A DNA stretch of 43,954 nucleotides from Burkholderiales bacterium (GCA_027489195.1 JAIYAG010000095.1:1-43954); one strand, 5' to 3'; shown: positions 23,825-32,112, counted from the first letter of the stretch. Notes: generated by a model not told the origin, from the letters alone. Made by a program: numbers and translations.

Positions 23825-26149
23825 TCACTCGCCGGTCATGCCGACGTCGGTCGAATACGACGCGGCACTCGGCTGATCCGTCAGGGGGCGCTTGGCGGCG
23901 GCACGAGAGACCCAGTGCGTCAGGTCACCGGTCAGTCCGCGCACGCGGTCCGACAGGTGCAGCGCCATGTTCTTCAGCAGCAGCGCGGCCACGTCGGGGT
24001 GATCCCGCAGCAGCTGGTCGAACGCGGTCGTCGGCAGGAAGCAGGCGGTGACATCGGATTCCGCGACCGCTTCCGCGGACCGGGTCTCGTGGCTCAGCAC
24101 GGCGATCTCGCCGATCGTCACGCCGGCCGCGAACGAGGCGAGGCGCCGCGAGCTTCCCGGAAGCCGCAGGCCCACCTCGCCCCGCGTCACGACGTACAGG
24201 CCGTCGCCGGGATCACCCAATCGGAAGATCACCGTGTCGCGCGGGACGTGCAGCACCTGCATCGCGGCCTCGACCACCGCACGGCTGCTCGGCGTCAGGC
24301 CGCGCATGAGCGAGGTCTCCGCGAGCGGGATCGCCTCGTCCGAACGGACCTGCAGTCCCAGCCGCTCGATCAGCCTGTCCTCCGCGTGCTCCAGGGCCCG
24401 GTCGACGTCGTCGGAGAAGTGCAGCGGGTGGGCGCTGCCGGGGTCGACCATCGCTTCCAGCAGCTGTCGCCGACTGTCGTCCACGGGCCATTCCGCGAAC
24501 ACCAGCCGCCGTCCGCGTCGTGCCCAGTCGTCCGCCACTTCGGTCAGGATGCGCGCGGCCGTGATGTCGATGTCCTGAACCTGGCGCAGGTCGAGGATGG
24601 CCGTGCCGACCGTGTCCGGAAGCTGCTGCAGCCGGCTCTGCAGGGCATCGGCCGTGCCGAAGAACAGCGAGCCCTCGAGTTCGAAGAGCGCGATCCGTCG
24701 CCCTTCGCGGCGCAACGTGTCGCGCACCTGCGCCGGACGCACCTTGAGGGATCCCCGGGATTCGCCGGTCGACTGGTGGCGCACCACGTCGCGCATGTTG
24801 GCGCGCACGAACAGCAGCACCGCGCAGGAGGCGCCGATCAGGACCGCCGCGCTCAGGCCCCAGATCAGCGCGCTCAGCGCCACGGCCACCGTGACGGCCC
24901 AGTTGCCCACCAGCGCACGGGCCTCGCCTCGGGACGGGTCGGCGTGACCCTGCCTCAGGCGCAGCAGGCCCTTGGGGGCGCGCAGCAGGGCGGGCGCCAC
25001 CATCTGGGCGCCCTGCAGGACCAGCAGGCCGCCGAGGGCGCTTTCCGGAAGGACCCCCAGCCACTGCTGCCCCGCCACCAGCACGAGCAGCATCGCCAGC
25101 GCATAGAACAGCGCCACGTTCCGGACCTCCGGCTGCGGCGGAACCAGTGCGAGGGTGCGTGCGGCCGAGGGCGACGCGGCATGCCCGCCGCACAGCGCCG
25201 TCGCGATGTTCGCCACCCCCTGCGCCACGAGTTCCCGGTCGGCGCTTCGCCGCAGCCTCAGGCGGCCGTCGATGATGGACGTGGTGATCAGCGTGTCCAT
25301 GCTGCACAGCAAGGCCAGCGTGACCGCATACACCGCCAGCAGGGTGCCGGTCTTGAAGTCCACGTGCTCGACGACGCCGCTCACCGCCTGGATCAGCAGA
25401 CCCGCCTCGAACGTCGGCAGCTGCGGCACCCCCAGGGTACGGCCCCAGACCGCGACGCCGCCGTGGCTCAGGAGCACCTCGTGCAGCGCGGTGGCGGCGA
25501 TCATGCCCAGCAGCACCGGAGGCACCCGCGGCACGTGGCGGGCCACCAGCCAGCAGGTGGCGAGGGCACATGTGCCCACGGCTGCGGCCCCCCAGTCGGG
25601 GACCAGGCCGCCGGCCAGCAGCGAGGTGCCGAAGCGGTGGCCGAGCATCACGGGAAGCGCGGTGATCAGCAGCAGCAGGCCGATGCCGCCGGTCAGGCCG
25701 AGCCGAACCGGGTACGGGGTGAACTTGACCAGGTTGCCCAGACCCAGCCATCCGAACAGGCATTGCAGCAGGCCGGCGCCGACCAGGGCCAGCGCGATGC
25801 TGACCAGCACCTGCAGGACGCCCAGGTCGCCCTCGGCGACCGGGCTGTCGACGAGATTCGCCACCAGGCCCGCCGTCAGCAGTGCCAGCGACGAGCGCGG
25901 CCCGCTGGCCAGTCGCCCGCCGCCCAGCACATGGGCCACCGTGTTGGCCACCACCGCGCCCAGGATGGCCAGCGCCATCGCCGTGGGCCCGAACGCCAGA
26001 CCCAGCGGCGCCATGGCCATCAGCCCGTAGGCCGCGTTCTCGGGGACATGGGCCAGGGCCGCCGACACGGTCACGGCCGCGCGGGACGCCCAGCCGCGAG
26101 CCTGATCCAGACGGGGCGGCCGAGCCGGCACGTCGACCGATCCGCTCAT
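23825..26149 (-). CDS. SulP/SLC26-family anion transporter fused to STAS and a C-terminal cyclic-nucleotide-binding domain (paralogue)
   Basis: The SulP core contains AAYGLMAMAPLGL...GPRSSLALLTAGLV and related segments. STAS reads IALFELEGSLFFGTADAL...AILDLRQVQDIDITAA. The CNB domain reads LHVPRDTVIFRLGDPGDGLYVVTRGEVGL...TIGEIAVLSHETRSAEAVA. The start ATG overlaps the cyclase stop (ATGA, 26146-26149). Confidence 0.9.
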   Translation of the reverse strand: MSGSVDVPARPPRLDQARGWASRAAVTVSAALAHVPENAAYGLMAMAPLGLAFGPTAMALAILGAVVANTVAHVLGGGRLASGPRSSLALLTAGLVANLVDSPVAEGDLGVLQVLVSIALALVGAGLLQCLFGWLGLGNLVKFTPYPVRLGLTGGIGLLLLITALPVMLGHRFGTSLLAGGLVPDWGAAAVGTCALATCWLVARHVPRVPPVLLGMIAATALHEVLLSHGGVAVWGRTLGVPQLPTFEAGLLIQAVSGVVEHVDFKTGTLLAVYAVTLALLCSMDTLITTSIIDGRLRLRRSADRELVAQGVANIATALCGGHAASPSAARTLALVPPQPEVRNVALFYALAMLLVLVAGQQWLGVLPESALGGLLVLQGAQMVAPALLRAPKGLLRLRQGHADPSRGEARALVGNWAVTVAVALSALIWGLSAAVLIGASCAVLLFVRANMRDVVRHQSTGESRGSLKVRPAQVRDTLRREGRRIALFELEGSLFFGTADALQSRLQQLPDTVGTAILDLRQVQDIDITAARILTEVADDWARRGRRLVFAEWPVDDSRRQLLEAMVDPGSAHPLHFSDDVDRALEHAEDRLIERLGLQVRSDEAIPLAETSLMRGLTPSSRAVVEAAMQVLHVPRDTVIFRLGDPGDGLYVVTRGEVGLRLPGSSRRLASFAAGVTIGEIAVLSHETRSAEAVAESDVTACFLPTTAFDQLLRDHPDVAALLLKNMALHLSDRVRGLTGDLTHWVSRAAAKRPLTDQPSAASYSTDVGMTGE

Positions 26150-28002
26150 GGGGTCGACGGCCGGAGCGCGCCGACCCAGACCTCTTCGAGCGCAGCGCGG
26201 CCGCGCAGCTGCTGCGGCTCGAGTCTCACGAGGCCCCGCTGTCCGGCCCAGCGACGGGCGTGCGGCGTGGCCGCGACGAAGGCGCCCGACAGCGCCAGCG
26301 AGGCGTCGCGGGCGCGCGCGCTGTCCTGCAGGCGGCTGGCGGTGTTCACCACGTCACCGCTGACGGCCACGCGGCGATGCCGATCGCCACCCAGCACCCC
26401 CAGCTGCACCGGCCCCGCATGGGCGCTGAACCGCAGGCCGAGCCCCGGCCAGTCCGCAGACGCGAGCACCGCGGCGTCGAGCTGCTCGATGAACCGCAGG
26501 GCCTGTCCGACATCGTCCGCGCCGGGCTCGGGCACGCCGAAGACGACCAGCGCACCGTCGCCCGCGAAGTCGGCGATCATGCCGCCGCAGCGGTCCGCGG
26601 CCTGCTCCACCTGTCGCGTGAATGCGGCCAGGAACGCGTAGGTGCGCGCCGGGCCCGAGCGCTCGGCATGGGGCGTGAACCCGACGACATCGACGAACAC
26701 CACGACCGCGGGCAGAGGCGGCCGATCCCGCAGGGGGTCGGCGTCCGTGGCGAGGGTCTCCACCAGCGCCGGCGACTGGTACCGGGCGAGGTTGGTGGCG
26801 CGGCGCCGCTGCTGGAAGCGCTGGGCGGCGGCACTCGCTCCCGCGCCGAGCGCCAGGCACATCGCCACCGTCGTCGCGTCGAGCCACCAGCCCGCCGAGA
26901 ACGCGGCCTGCAGCGCCGCCGCCATCGCCAGCGCCGCGCCGGCGGTGGCCACCGTGGCGACGAGGGGGCCGTTCAGCCCGGCGGCCGCACACCCCGCGAC
27001 GGCAGCGAGCAGGCCCAGCAGGACACTGGCGCCCCAGGCCACGCCGTCACGGCGCAGCGGACGCCCCGTCAGGAGATTGGCCGCGAAGGTGGCATGCACC
27101 TCGACACCCGGCATCGTCGCGTCGAACGGCGTCGCGTGACGGTCGCCGAAGCCGGTGGCCGTCGCGCCCACGAAGACGATCTTCCCGCGCAGGTCCGCCT
27201 GCGACACGGACGCCGCGGAATAGGTCGGGATCGACCCTGCCGGGCCGTAGTAGTCCAGGGGCACCGTGCCGCGCAGGTCCAGCGGGACCGAGACCGGCCC
27301 GATCTCGAGACGGCCGCCCACGCCGCTGGGGGGGATCGACACCCGGGTCGGTCCGGCCTGGGCCGACACCGCGGCCACCGCCAGTCCGGGCAGGGTCACG
27401 AGGCCGTTCGAGCTCGCCACCGACAGGACCGGGCGCAGGCGGCGCAGCACACCGTCCGGCCCGTGTTCCACCGTCACGTGCGCCAGGTCGGCCGCCTCCT
27501 GCAGCACCGGGTCCGGCCCCATCGCGGGGAGCGGTGCCTGCGGCTCGGGCCCCGTGACCAGGCTCGGTCCACCGCGCTGGCGCAGCGTCACGAGTGATGC
27601 ACCCGACGCGGCTTCGGCGACACCGAGGATGGCCATCCCCCGGGCGAGCGCGGCGGCCAGGACCGCGTCGTCGGGTCGCGGGTCGATCAGCAGGACATCC
27701 AGTGCCAGCACCCGTGCGCCCGCCTGCCACGCGCCGGACACGACCTCGCTCAGCGCCGTGCGGGAGGGCGGGAAGGTGGCCGGGCGCTCGATCGCGGCGT
27801 CGTCGAACGCGACGATCGCGACCTGCTGCGGCGCGGGCAGCGGCCCCCGCACGAGGAACCTCGCGTCCAGCAGGCGGCCTTCGATGCCCTGCCAGAAGGC
27901 GCCGCGCTCGCCGGGATGCCACAGGCCCAGCGCCAGCGCGCCCAGCACGACCCCGGCCATCACCCCCAGCCGCTCCAGCCGGACACGACGCCCAGGACTC
28001 AC
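26146..28002 (-). CDS. CHASE2 sensor domain, TM segments and class III adenylate/guanylate cyclase
   Basis: After the N-terminal TM segment comes a CHASE2-like region (FWQGIEGRLLDARFLVRG...VAIVAFDD...LALDVLL). Three to four TM segments follow, then the cyclase: VVVFVDVVGFT, FAGDGALVVFG and VSGDVVNTASRLQD. The GTG at 28002 overlaps the FecR stop (GTGA). Confidence 0.9.
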   Translation of the reverse strand: MSPGRRVRLERLGVMAGVVLGALALGLWHPGERGAFWQGIEGRLLDARFLVRGPLPAPQQVAIVAFDDAAIERPATFPPSRTALSEVVSGAWQAGARVLALDVLLIDPRPDDAVLAAALARGMAILGVAEAASGASLVTLRQRGGPSLVTGPEPQAPLPAMGPDPVLQEAADLAHVTVEHGPDGVLRRLRPVLSVASSNGLVTLPGLAVAAVSAQAGPTRVSIPPSGVGGRLEIGPVSVPLDLRGTVPLDYYGPAGSIPTYSAASVSQADLRGKIVFVGATATGFGDRHATPFDATMPGVEVHATFAANLLTGRPLRRDGVAWGASVLLGLLAAVAGCAAAGLNGPLVATVATAGAALAMAAALQAAFSAGWWLDATTVAMCLALGAGASAAAQRFQQRRRATNLARYQSPALVETLATDADPLRDRPPLPAVVVFVDVVGFTPHAERSGPARTYAFLAAFTRQVEQAADRCGGMIADFAGDGALVVFGVPEPGADDVGQALRFIEQLDAAVLASADWPGLGLRFSAHAGPVQLGVLGGDRHRRVAVSGDVVNTASRLQDSARARDASLALSGAFVAATPHARRWAGQRGLVRLEPQQLRGRAALEEVWVGALRPSTP

Positions 28003-28613
28003 CAGTCGGCGCCGAGCAGTTCACCGAAACGGGCGATGCGCGGAGGTCTCCACTGAACCACCGGCTTGAGTGCGCCGGTATCCGACACATCGACGCCATC
28101 ACCCGGGCCCAGGGTCGCCGTGCCGCCGTCGGCCGACACGGTGACGGTCCCCTCGCGGGTGAAGACCTCGCTGACGCCATTGGCCCAGCGCATCGCCCAT
28201 TCCGTGGACCGGACCGCGGCCACGGCCGAGGGCGTCCGGACCTGCACGCCGCCGCTGCCCTTGAAGACGAAGCCCGCGATGCCCTCGAGCAGCCGCAGAC
28301 CGAACGGCTGCGAGCCTGCGGCCAGCACGCTCTCGACCGTGATGGCGCTGTCGGGGCCGACGACCACCTTGAGGCCGCCGGCGCAGCCCAGGCTGACGCG
28401 CGACGCCGGCTGCGTCCGGACGGTGTCGCTGGCGGCGAGGGTCTGACCCATCTGCGCGGCGAGTGGCGCGGCACCGCCCGCCGAGACCGTCACCGTGCCT
28501 TCGATCCGCTGGATCAGGCAGCCCCCGGAGGGCTGGGCCGAGGCGGGGGCAGGGGCGGCGAGCGTGAGCGCCGCCGCCACTGCGATGCCGGCCTGGCGAC
28601 GTGCGTGGATCAT
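27999..28613 (-). CDS. Periplasmic FecR-domain protein
   Basis: The signal peptide is RRQAGIAVAAALTLAAPAPASA. A beta-rich FecR-like region follows: GTVTVSAGG...GQTLAASDTVRTQPASRVSL...VRTPSAVAAVRSTEWAM...EGTVTVSADG. Confidence 0.8.
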   Translation of the reverse strand: MIHARRQAGIAVAAALTLAAPAPASAQPSGGCLIQRIEGTVTVSAGGAAPLAAQMGQTLAASDTVRTQPASRVSLGCAGGLKVVVGPDSAITVESVLAAGSQPFGLRLLEGIAGFVFKGSGGVQVRTPSAVAAVRSTEWAMRWANGVSEVFTREGTVTVSADGGTATLGPGDGVDVSDTGALKPVVQWRPPRIARFGELLGADW

Positions 28614-28800
28614 CGTTCAGCTTTCATGGAATGACGCGCGGGGCCGTTGAAACCGCCGGCGCGGGGGTCGTGTGGACGTGAGGCCCGATCATCAGTGCAC
28701 GCTCGGATGTTGTCGAGTGCACGGCTCGTCCGATCTGGGGATGCCGCGGACCTCGGTGACGGGCGTTCCGATGGGGGGAGCCCGGGCAGCGCCCGCGCAC

Positions 28801-30711
28801 TCACGTCCCGATGATCCCGCCGTCGTTCTTCCGGATCACCACTGTCGCGCTGCGGGGCCGCTGCCCCTTCACCCCCGAGGGCCAGGTCGAGAACTTCGTC
28901 GGATCGGCCGGGTCGCTGCGGTCGCTGGGGCTCTCGCCGGGATGCTGGACGTTGACGAACATCGTCCGCATGTCGGGCGTGCAGACCACCCCGGTGATCT
29001 CGCAGTTGACCGGCCCGACCAGGAAGCGCCGCGTCTCGCCGGTCTTCGGATCGGCGGCCAGCATCATGTTGCTGCCGACGCCGGCGTAGTCGCCCTGGTA
29101 CATGTTCGTGGCGTGGGCGTCGGTCTGGATCCACAGCAGGCCCCGGCTGTCGAACCACAAGCCGTCGGGACTGCCGTACGCGTCGCCCTTGACGTCGCCG
29201 CGCGCCTCGGTGCGCGTGTTCGCCGGGTCGCCTGCCATCACGAAGTGGGTCCAGGTGAAGGTGTCCGCATCGAAGTCGCCGCGCTCCTTCCAGCGGATGA
29301 TGTGGCCCATGCTGTTGTTGGCGCGCGGGTTGGCGCCATCCGTGGCGGGCTGGCCGCTCGCGCCGCGGCGCGTGTTGTTGGTGAGCGTGCAGTAGACCTC
29401 GCCGCTGGCCGGGTCGATCGCGATCCACTCGGGGCGGTCCATCTTCGTCGCGCCGAGCAGGTCGCTAGCCTGCCGGGACTTCACCATCACCTCGCCCTGG
29501 TCCGCGAAGCCGTTGGCGGCGGTCAGCCCCCGGCTGCCATGACGGACCTCCATCCACTGGCCGCTGCCGCCGCCGTCGAAGCGGGCGACGTACAGCGTGC
29601 CGTGGTCGAGCAGCTCGCGGTTGGCCGCGAAGCCGCCCGGCTGGATGCGGTCGCGGCTCACGAACTTGTAGATGTACTCGAACTGGGCGTCCTCGCCCAT
29701 GTACACGACCGCGCGCCCGTCCTTCGTCGTGGCCACCGTCGCGCCCTCGTGCGCGGCACGACCGAGCGCGGTGCGCTTGATCGGCGTCATCGTCGGGTCG
29801 GCGGGGTCGATCTCGACCACCCAGCCGAACCGGTTGGGCTCGTTCGGATGGCGCACGGCGTCGAAGCGCGCCTCGTGCTCGTGCCAGCGGTAGCCGCGTC
29901 CGTTGCGGCGCAGGCCCCAGCGGGCGCCGTGAGCGTCGGGCGTCTCGGGCCCGTTGAAGTAGAAGATGAAGTTCTCTTCGCAGGTGAGGTAGGTGCCCCA
30001 GGGCGTGTAGCCGTGGGCGCAGTTGTTCAGCGTACCCAGCGCCCGCCGGCCCTCGGGGTCGGCGGCGGTGCGCATCAGTTGGTGGCCGGCGGCCGGGCCG
30101 CCGATCGCCATCGGCGTGCCTGCGGTGATGCGGCGTGCGTACTTCGAGGGGCGCACCGCCTGCCAGGTGCCGTCGCGCTGCTCGACCTCGAGAACGCTCA
30201 CGCCGTGCGCGGCGATGCTCTTGGCGACCTTCTCGGCAGACCACGTGGCCACACCGTCGGTGTGCAGCAGGCCGTCGTCGGTGTACTCGTGGTTGATGAC
30301 CAGCAGACCGCGCCGGCTGCCGTCGAGCGGGAAGTAGTGCATGCCGTCGTGATGCATGCCGATCTGCACGCCCTGCTCGGCGGCGGTGTTGGAGCCGTCG
30401 GGCCTGAAGGCCGGCATGTTGCCCGGCACGCCGACCGGCTCGCCCCACATGAAGGCCGGCACGGCGGAGTAGCCCTCGGCGACGAAGAAGCCGTCCGCGC
30501 GGGTGACCGGCACGCTCCGGAAGCCCGGCCGCGCGCCGCCCGCGGGCAGGCCGGGCAGGCCGGCGCAGCCCGCCAGCGACGACAGGAACGGCAGCATCGC
30601 CGCGACCACGCCGCCCCGGAACACGATGCGCCGCGCGGGGTCGCTGATCTCGTGGATGGTGGGGTTGGAGGACCGGTTGCTGTCCTCCATCGTGGTGAAA
30701 TCCTTGGGCAT
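28801..30711 (-). CDS. phoX: PhoX family alkaline phosphatase (beta-propeller), Tat-type signal with a lipobox-like LAGC
   Basis: A twin-arginine leader is present: DPARRIVFRGGVVAAMLPFLSSLAGCAG. PhoX-typical blocks include GMHYFPLDGS..GLLVINHEY, NNCAHGYTPWGTYLTCEEN, RFGWVVEIDP and DRPEWIAIDP. The start is taken at MPKDF (30711); MEDSNR (30690) is an alternative. The ORF's first ATG (30768) would overlap the Pho box. Confidence 0.9.
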   Translation of the reverse strand: MPKDFTTMEDSNRSSNPTIHEISDPARRIVFRGGVVAAMLPFLSSLAGCAGLPGLPAGGARPGFRSVPVTRADGFFVAEGYSAVPAFMWGEPVGVPGNMPAFRPDGSNTAAEQGVQIGMHHDGMHYFPLDGSRRGLLVINHEYTDDGLLHTDGVATWSAEKVAKSIAAHGVSVLEVEQRDGTWQAVRPSKYARRITAGTPMAIGGPAAGHQLMRTAADPEGRRALGTLNNCAHGYTPWGTYLTCEENFIFYFNGPETPDAHGARWGLRRNGRGYRWHEHEARFDAVRHPNEPNRFGWVVEIDPADPTMTPIKRTALGRAAHEGATVATTKDGRAVVYMGEDAQFEYIYKFVSRDRIQPGGFAANRELLDHGTLYVARFDGGGSGQWMEVRHGSRGLTAANGFADQGEVMVKSRQASDLLGATKMDRPEWIAIDPASGEVYCTLTNNTRRGASGQPATDGANPRANNSMGHIIRWKERGDFDADTFTWTHFVMAGDPANTRTEARGDVKGDAYGSPDGLWFDSRGLLWIQTDAHATNMYQGDYAGVGSNMMLAADPKTGETRRFLVGPVNCEITGVVCTPDMRTMFVNVQHPGESPSDRSDPADPTKFSTWPSGVKGQRPRSATVVIRKNDGGIIGT

Positions 30712-30761
30712 GGAGCGGATCCTGGGTGGTCGACGCAACCGGACGTTGTAGCTGCAGTTCG

Positions 30762-30779
30762 ATGACACGCCGATGACAG
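30762..30779 (-). promoter_or_regulatory. Pho box (PhoB-binding site) upstream of phoX
   Basis: The minus strand reads CTGTCAT-CGGC-GTGTCAT. These are two 7-bp direct repeats separated by 4 bp and match the CTGTCAT-N4-CTGTCAT consensus at 13 of 14 repeat positions. The site lies 51-68 nt upstream of the proposed start. Confidence 0.6.
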
Positions 30780-30811
30780 CCCGCCCGGCGACGCCGGCCG
30801 CGCTCCGCGGT

Positions 30812-31297
30812 TCACGCCCGCCGCACCGGGGGCCGCACCCCGCTGCTCGCCGCAGCGCCCGGGCCGGGCTCGACGCTCACTTCGCGGGGCAGCAGCTCGC
30901 CCGCGCAGTGCGAGCAGGTCAGCACCGGATCGAAGCGATGGCCGCATACCGTGTGACGGTGCAGCACCGGGCGCCCCTTCTTGCCCGCCATGTGCACGTC
31001 GCCCCAGTGCACGATGGCCATGATCACCGGATGCAGGTCCAGGCCCTTCTGCGTCAGCCGGTACTCGTGGCGCAGCGGGTTGTCCTGGTACGCCACCCGG
31101 GTGAGCACGAAGCTGTCGACCAGCTTCTGCAGCCGGTCGGCCAGGATGGGCCGGCCGATGCCCAGGCGGGCCTGGAAGTCGTCGAAGCGGCGCACCTTCA
31201 GGAAGCAGTCGCGCAGGATGAGCAGCGTCCAGCGATCGCCGATCACCGACAGGGTCCGTGCCACCGAGCACGCCTGCTGATCCAACTCGTCCCACTG
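30812..31297 (-). CDS. HxlR family (MarR-like wHTH) transcriptional regulator
   Basis: CSVARTLSVIGDRWTLLILRDCFLKVRRFDDFQARLGIGRPILADRLQKLVDSFVLTRVAYQDNPLRHEYRLTQKG is a canonical HxlR core. The start is at MQWDEL (31297). Confidence 0.9.
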   Translation of the reverse strand, partial: QWDELDQQACSVARTLSVIGDRWTLLILRDCFLKVRRFDDFQARLGIGRPILADRLQKLVDSFVLTRVAYQDNPLRHEYRLTQKGLDLHPVIMAIVHWGDVHMAGKKGRPVLHRHTVCGHRFDPVLTCSHCAGELLPREVSVEPGPGAAASSGVRPPVRRA

Positions 31298-31335
31298 CAT
31301 CCCGCGAACTCCCGCGTCACGCCGCCATGCGTGCA

Positions 31336-31427
31336 TTCTATTTCAGCACTCCGGCCCCGGTACAGGCACTTCGGGGAAGTGCGTTCTACAGCGGCTCGTG
31401 ACAGAATGCCAGTTCTGTTTCGGCACT
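31336..31427. promoter_or_regulatory. Pair of 15-nt direct repeats in the divergent HxlR promoter region (candidate operator)
   Basis: TTCTATTTCAGCACT (31336-31350) and TTCTGTTTCGGCACT (31413-31427) match at 13 of 15 positions. They lie 77 bp apart within a relatively AT-rich intergenic region. Confidence 0.3.
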
Positions 31428-31448
31428 GACCTCCATCGAGGAGACCCC

Positions 31449-32078
31449 ATGACGCCCATCCGGTTCTACTTCGACTTCGGCAGCCCCAACGCCTACCTGA
31501 GCCACAAGGTCATCCCGGACATCGAGGCGCGCAGCGGCGCCACCTTCGAGTACGTCCCCGTGCTGCTCGGCGGCATCTTCAAGCTCACCGGCAACCAGTC
31601 GCCCGCCGCGGCCTTCGCGGGCATCAGGAACAAGCCCGCGTACGAGCGCCGCGAGATGCACCGCTTCATCCAGCGGCACGGCCTCACGGCGTTCGCGATG
31701 AACCCGCACTTCCCGGTCAACACGCTGCTGCTGATGCGCGGTGCGGTGGCCGCGCAGGAGGCCGGCGTGTTCGCGCCCTACGTGGACGCGATGTTCGCCT
31801 GCATGTGGGAGCACGGACTGAAGATGGACGATCCCGCGGTGGTCCGGCAGGCGCTCGCCGACGCCGGCCTGCCGGTGGACACGCTGCTGGAGCGGGTCAC
31901 CACCGATGCGGTGAAGGCCCGGCTGATGGCGAACACCGAAGGCGCGGTGGCCGCGGGTGCGTTCGGCAGCCCGTCGTTCGTGGTCGGTGGCGAGCTGTAC
32001 TTCGGCAAGGACCGGCTGCGCGACGTCGAGGAGGAGTACCTGCGCCAGGCCGGCGCGTCCGCCGCGTCGAAGTCCTGA
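31449..32078 (+). CDS. 2-hydroxychromene-2-carboxylate isomerase family protein (DsbA-like / GST-kappa fold)
   Basis: The N-terminus IRFYFDFGSPNAYL and the C-terminal GAFGSPSFVVGGELYFGKDRL are hallmark motifs of this family. Confidence 0.88.
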   Translation: MTPIRFYFDFGSPNAYLSHKVIPDIEARSGATFEYVPVLLGGIFKLTGNQSPAAAFAGIRNKPAYERREMHRFIQRHGLTAFAMNPHFPVNTLLLMRGAVAAQEAGVFAPYVDAMFACMWEHGLKMDDPAVVRQALADAGLPVDTLLERVTTDAVKARLMANTEGAVAAGAFGSPSFVVGGELYFGKDRLRDVEEEYLRQAGASAASKS

Positions 32079-32112
32079 TCCCGAGTCCGCCCACCCACCG
32101 ACAGGAACCGTC

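Noticed and set aside
23429-26641. A 1070-aa ORF on the plus strand across both SulP-CNB genes and part of the CHASE2 cyclase gene.
   Set aside because: It is antisense to three well-supported genes and crosses their boundaries. Its composition is dominated by R, G, A, Q and D, and it has no domain signatures.
21589-28002. Reading the cyclase plus CNB-domain membrane proteins as a Pycsar/CBASS-like antiphage system (cyclase plus cNMP-activated membrane effector).
   Set aside because: The cyclase is a large CHASE2 transmembrane sensor, not a compact defence cyclase. The CNB proteins are full-length SulP-STAS transporters rather than small pore-forming or TIR effectors. The region has native GC composition and no mobile-element hallmarks. 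A housekeeping signalling role is more parsimonious, though the product of the Asp/Ala cyclase remains to be tested.
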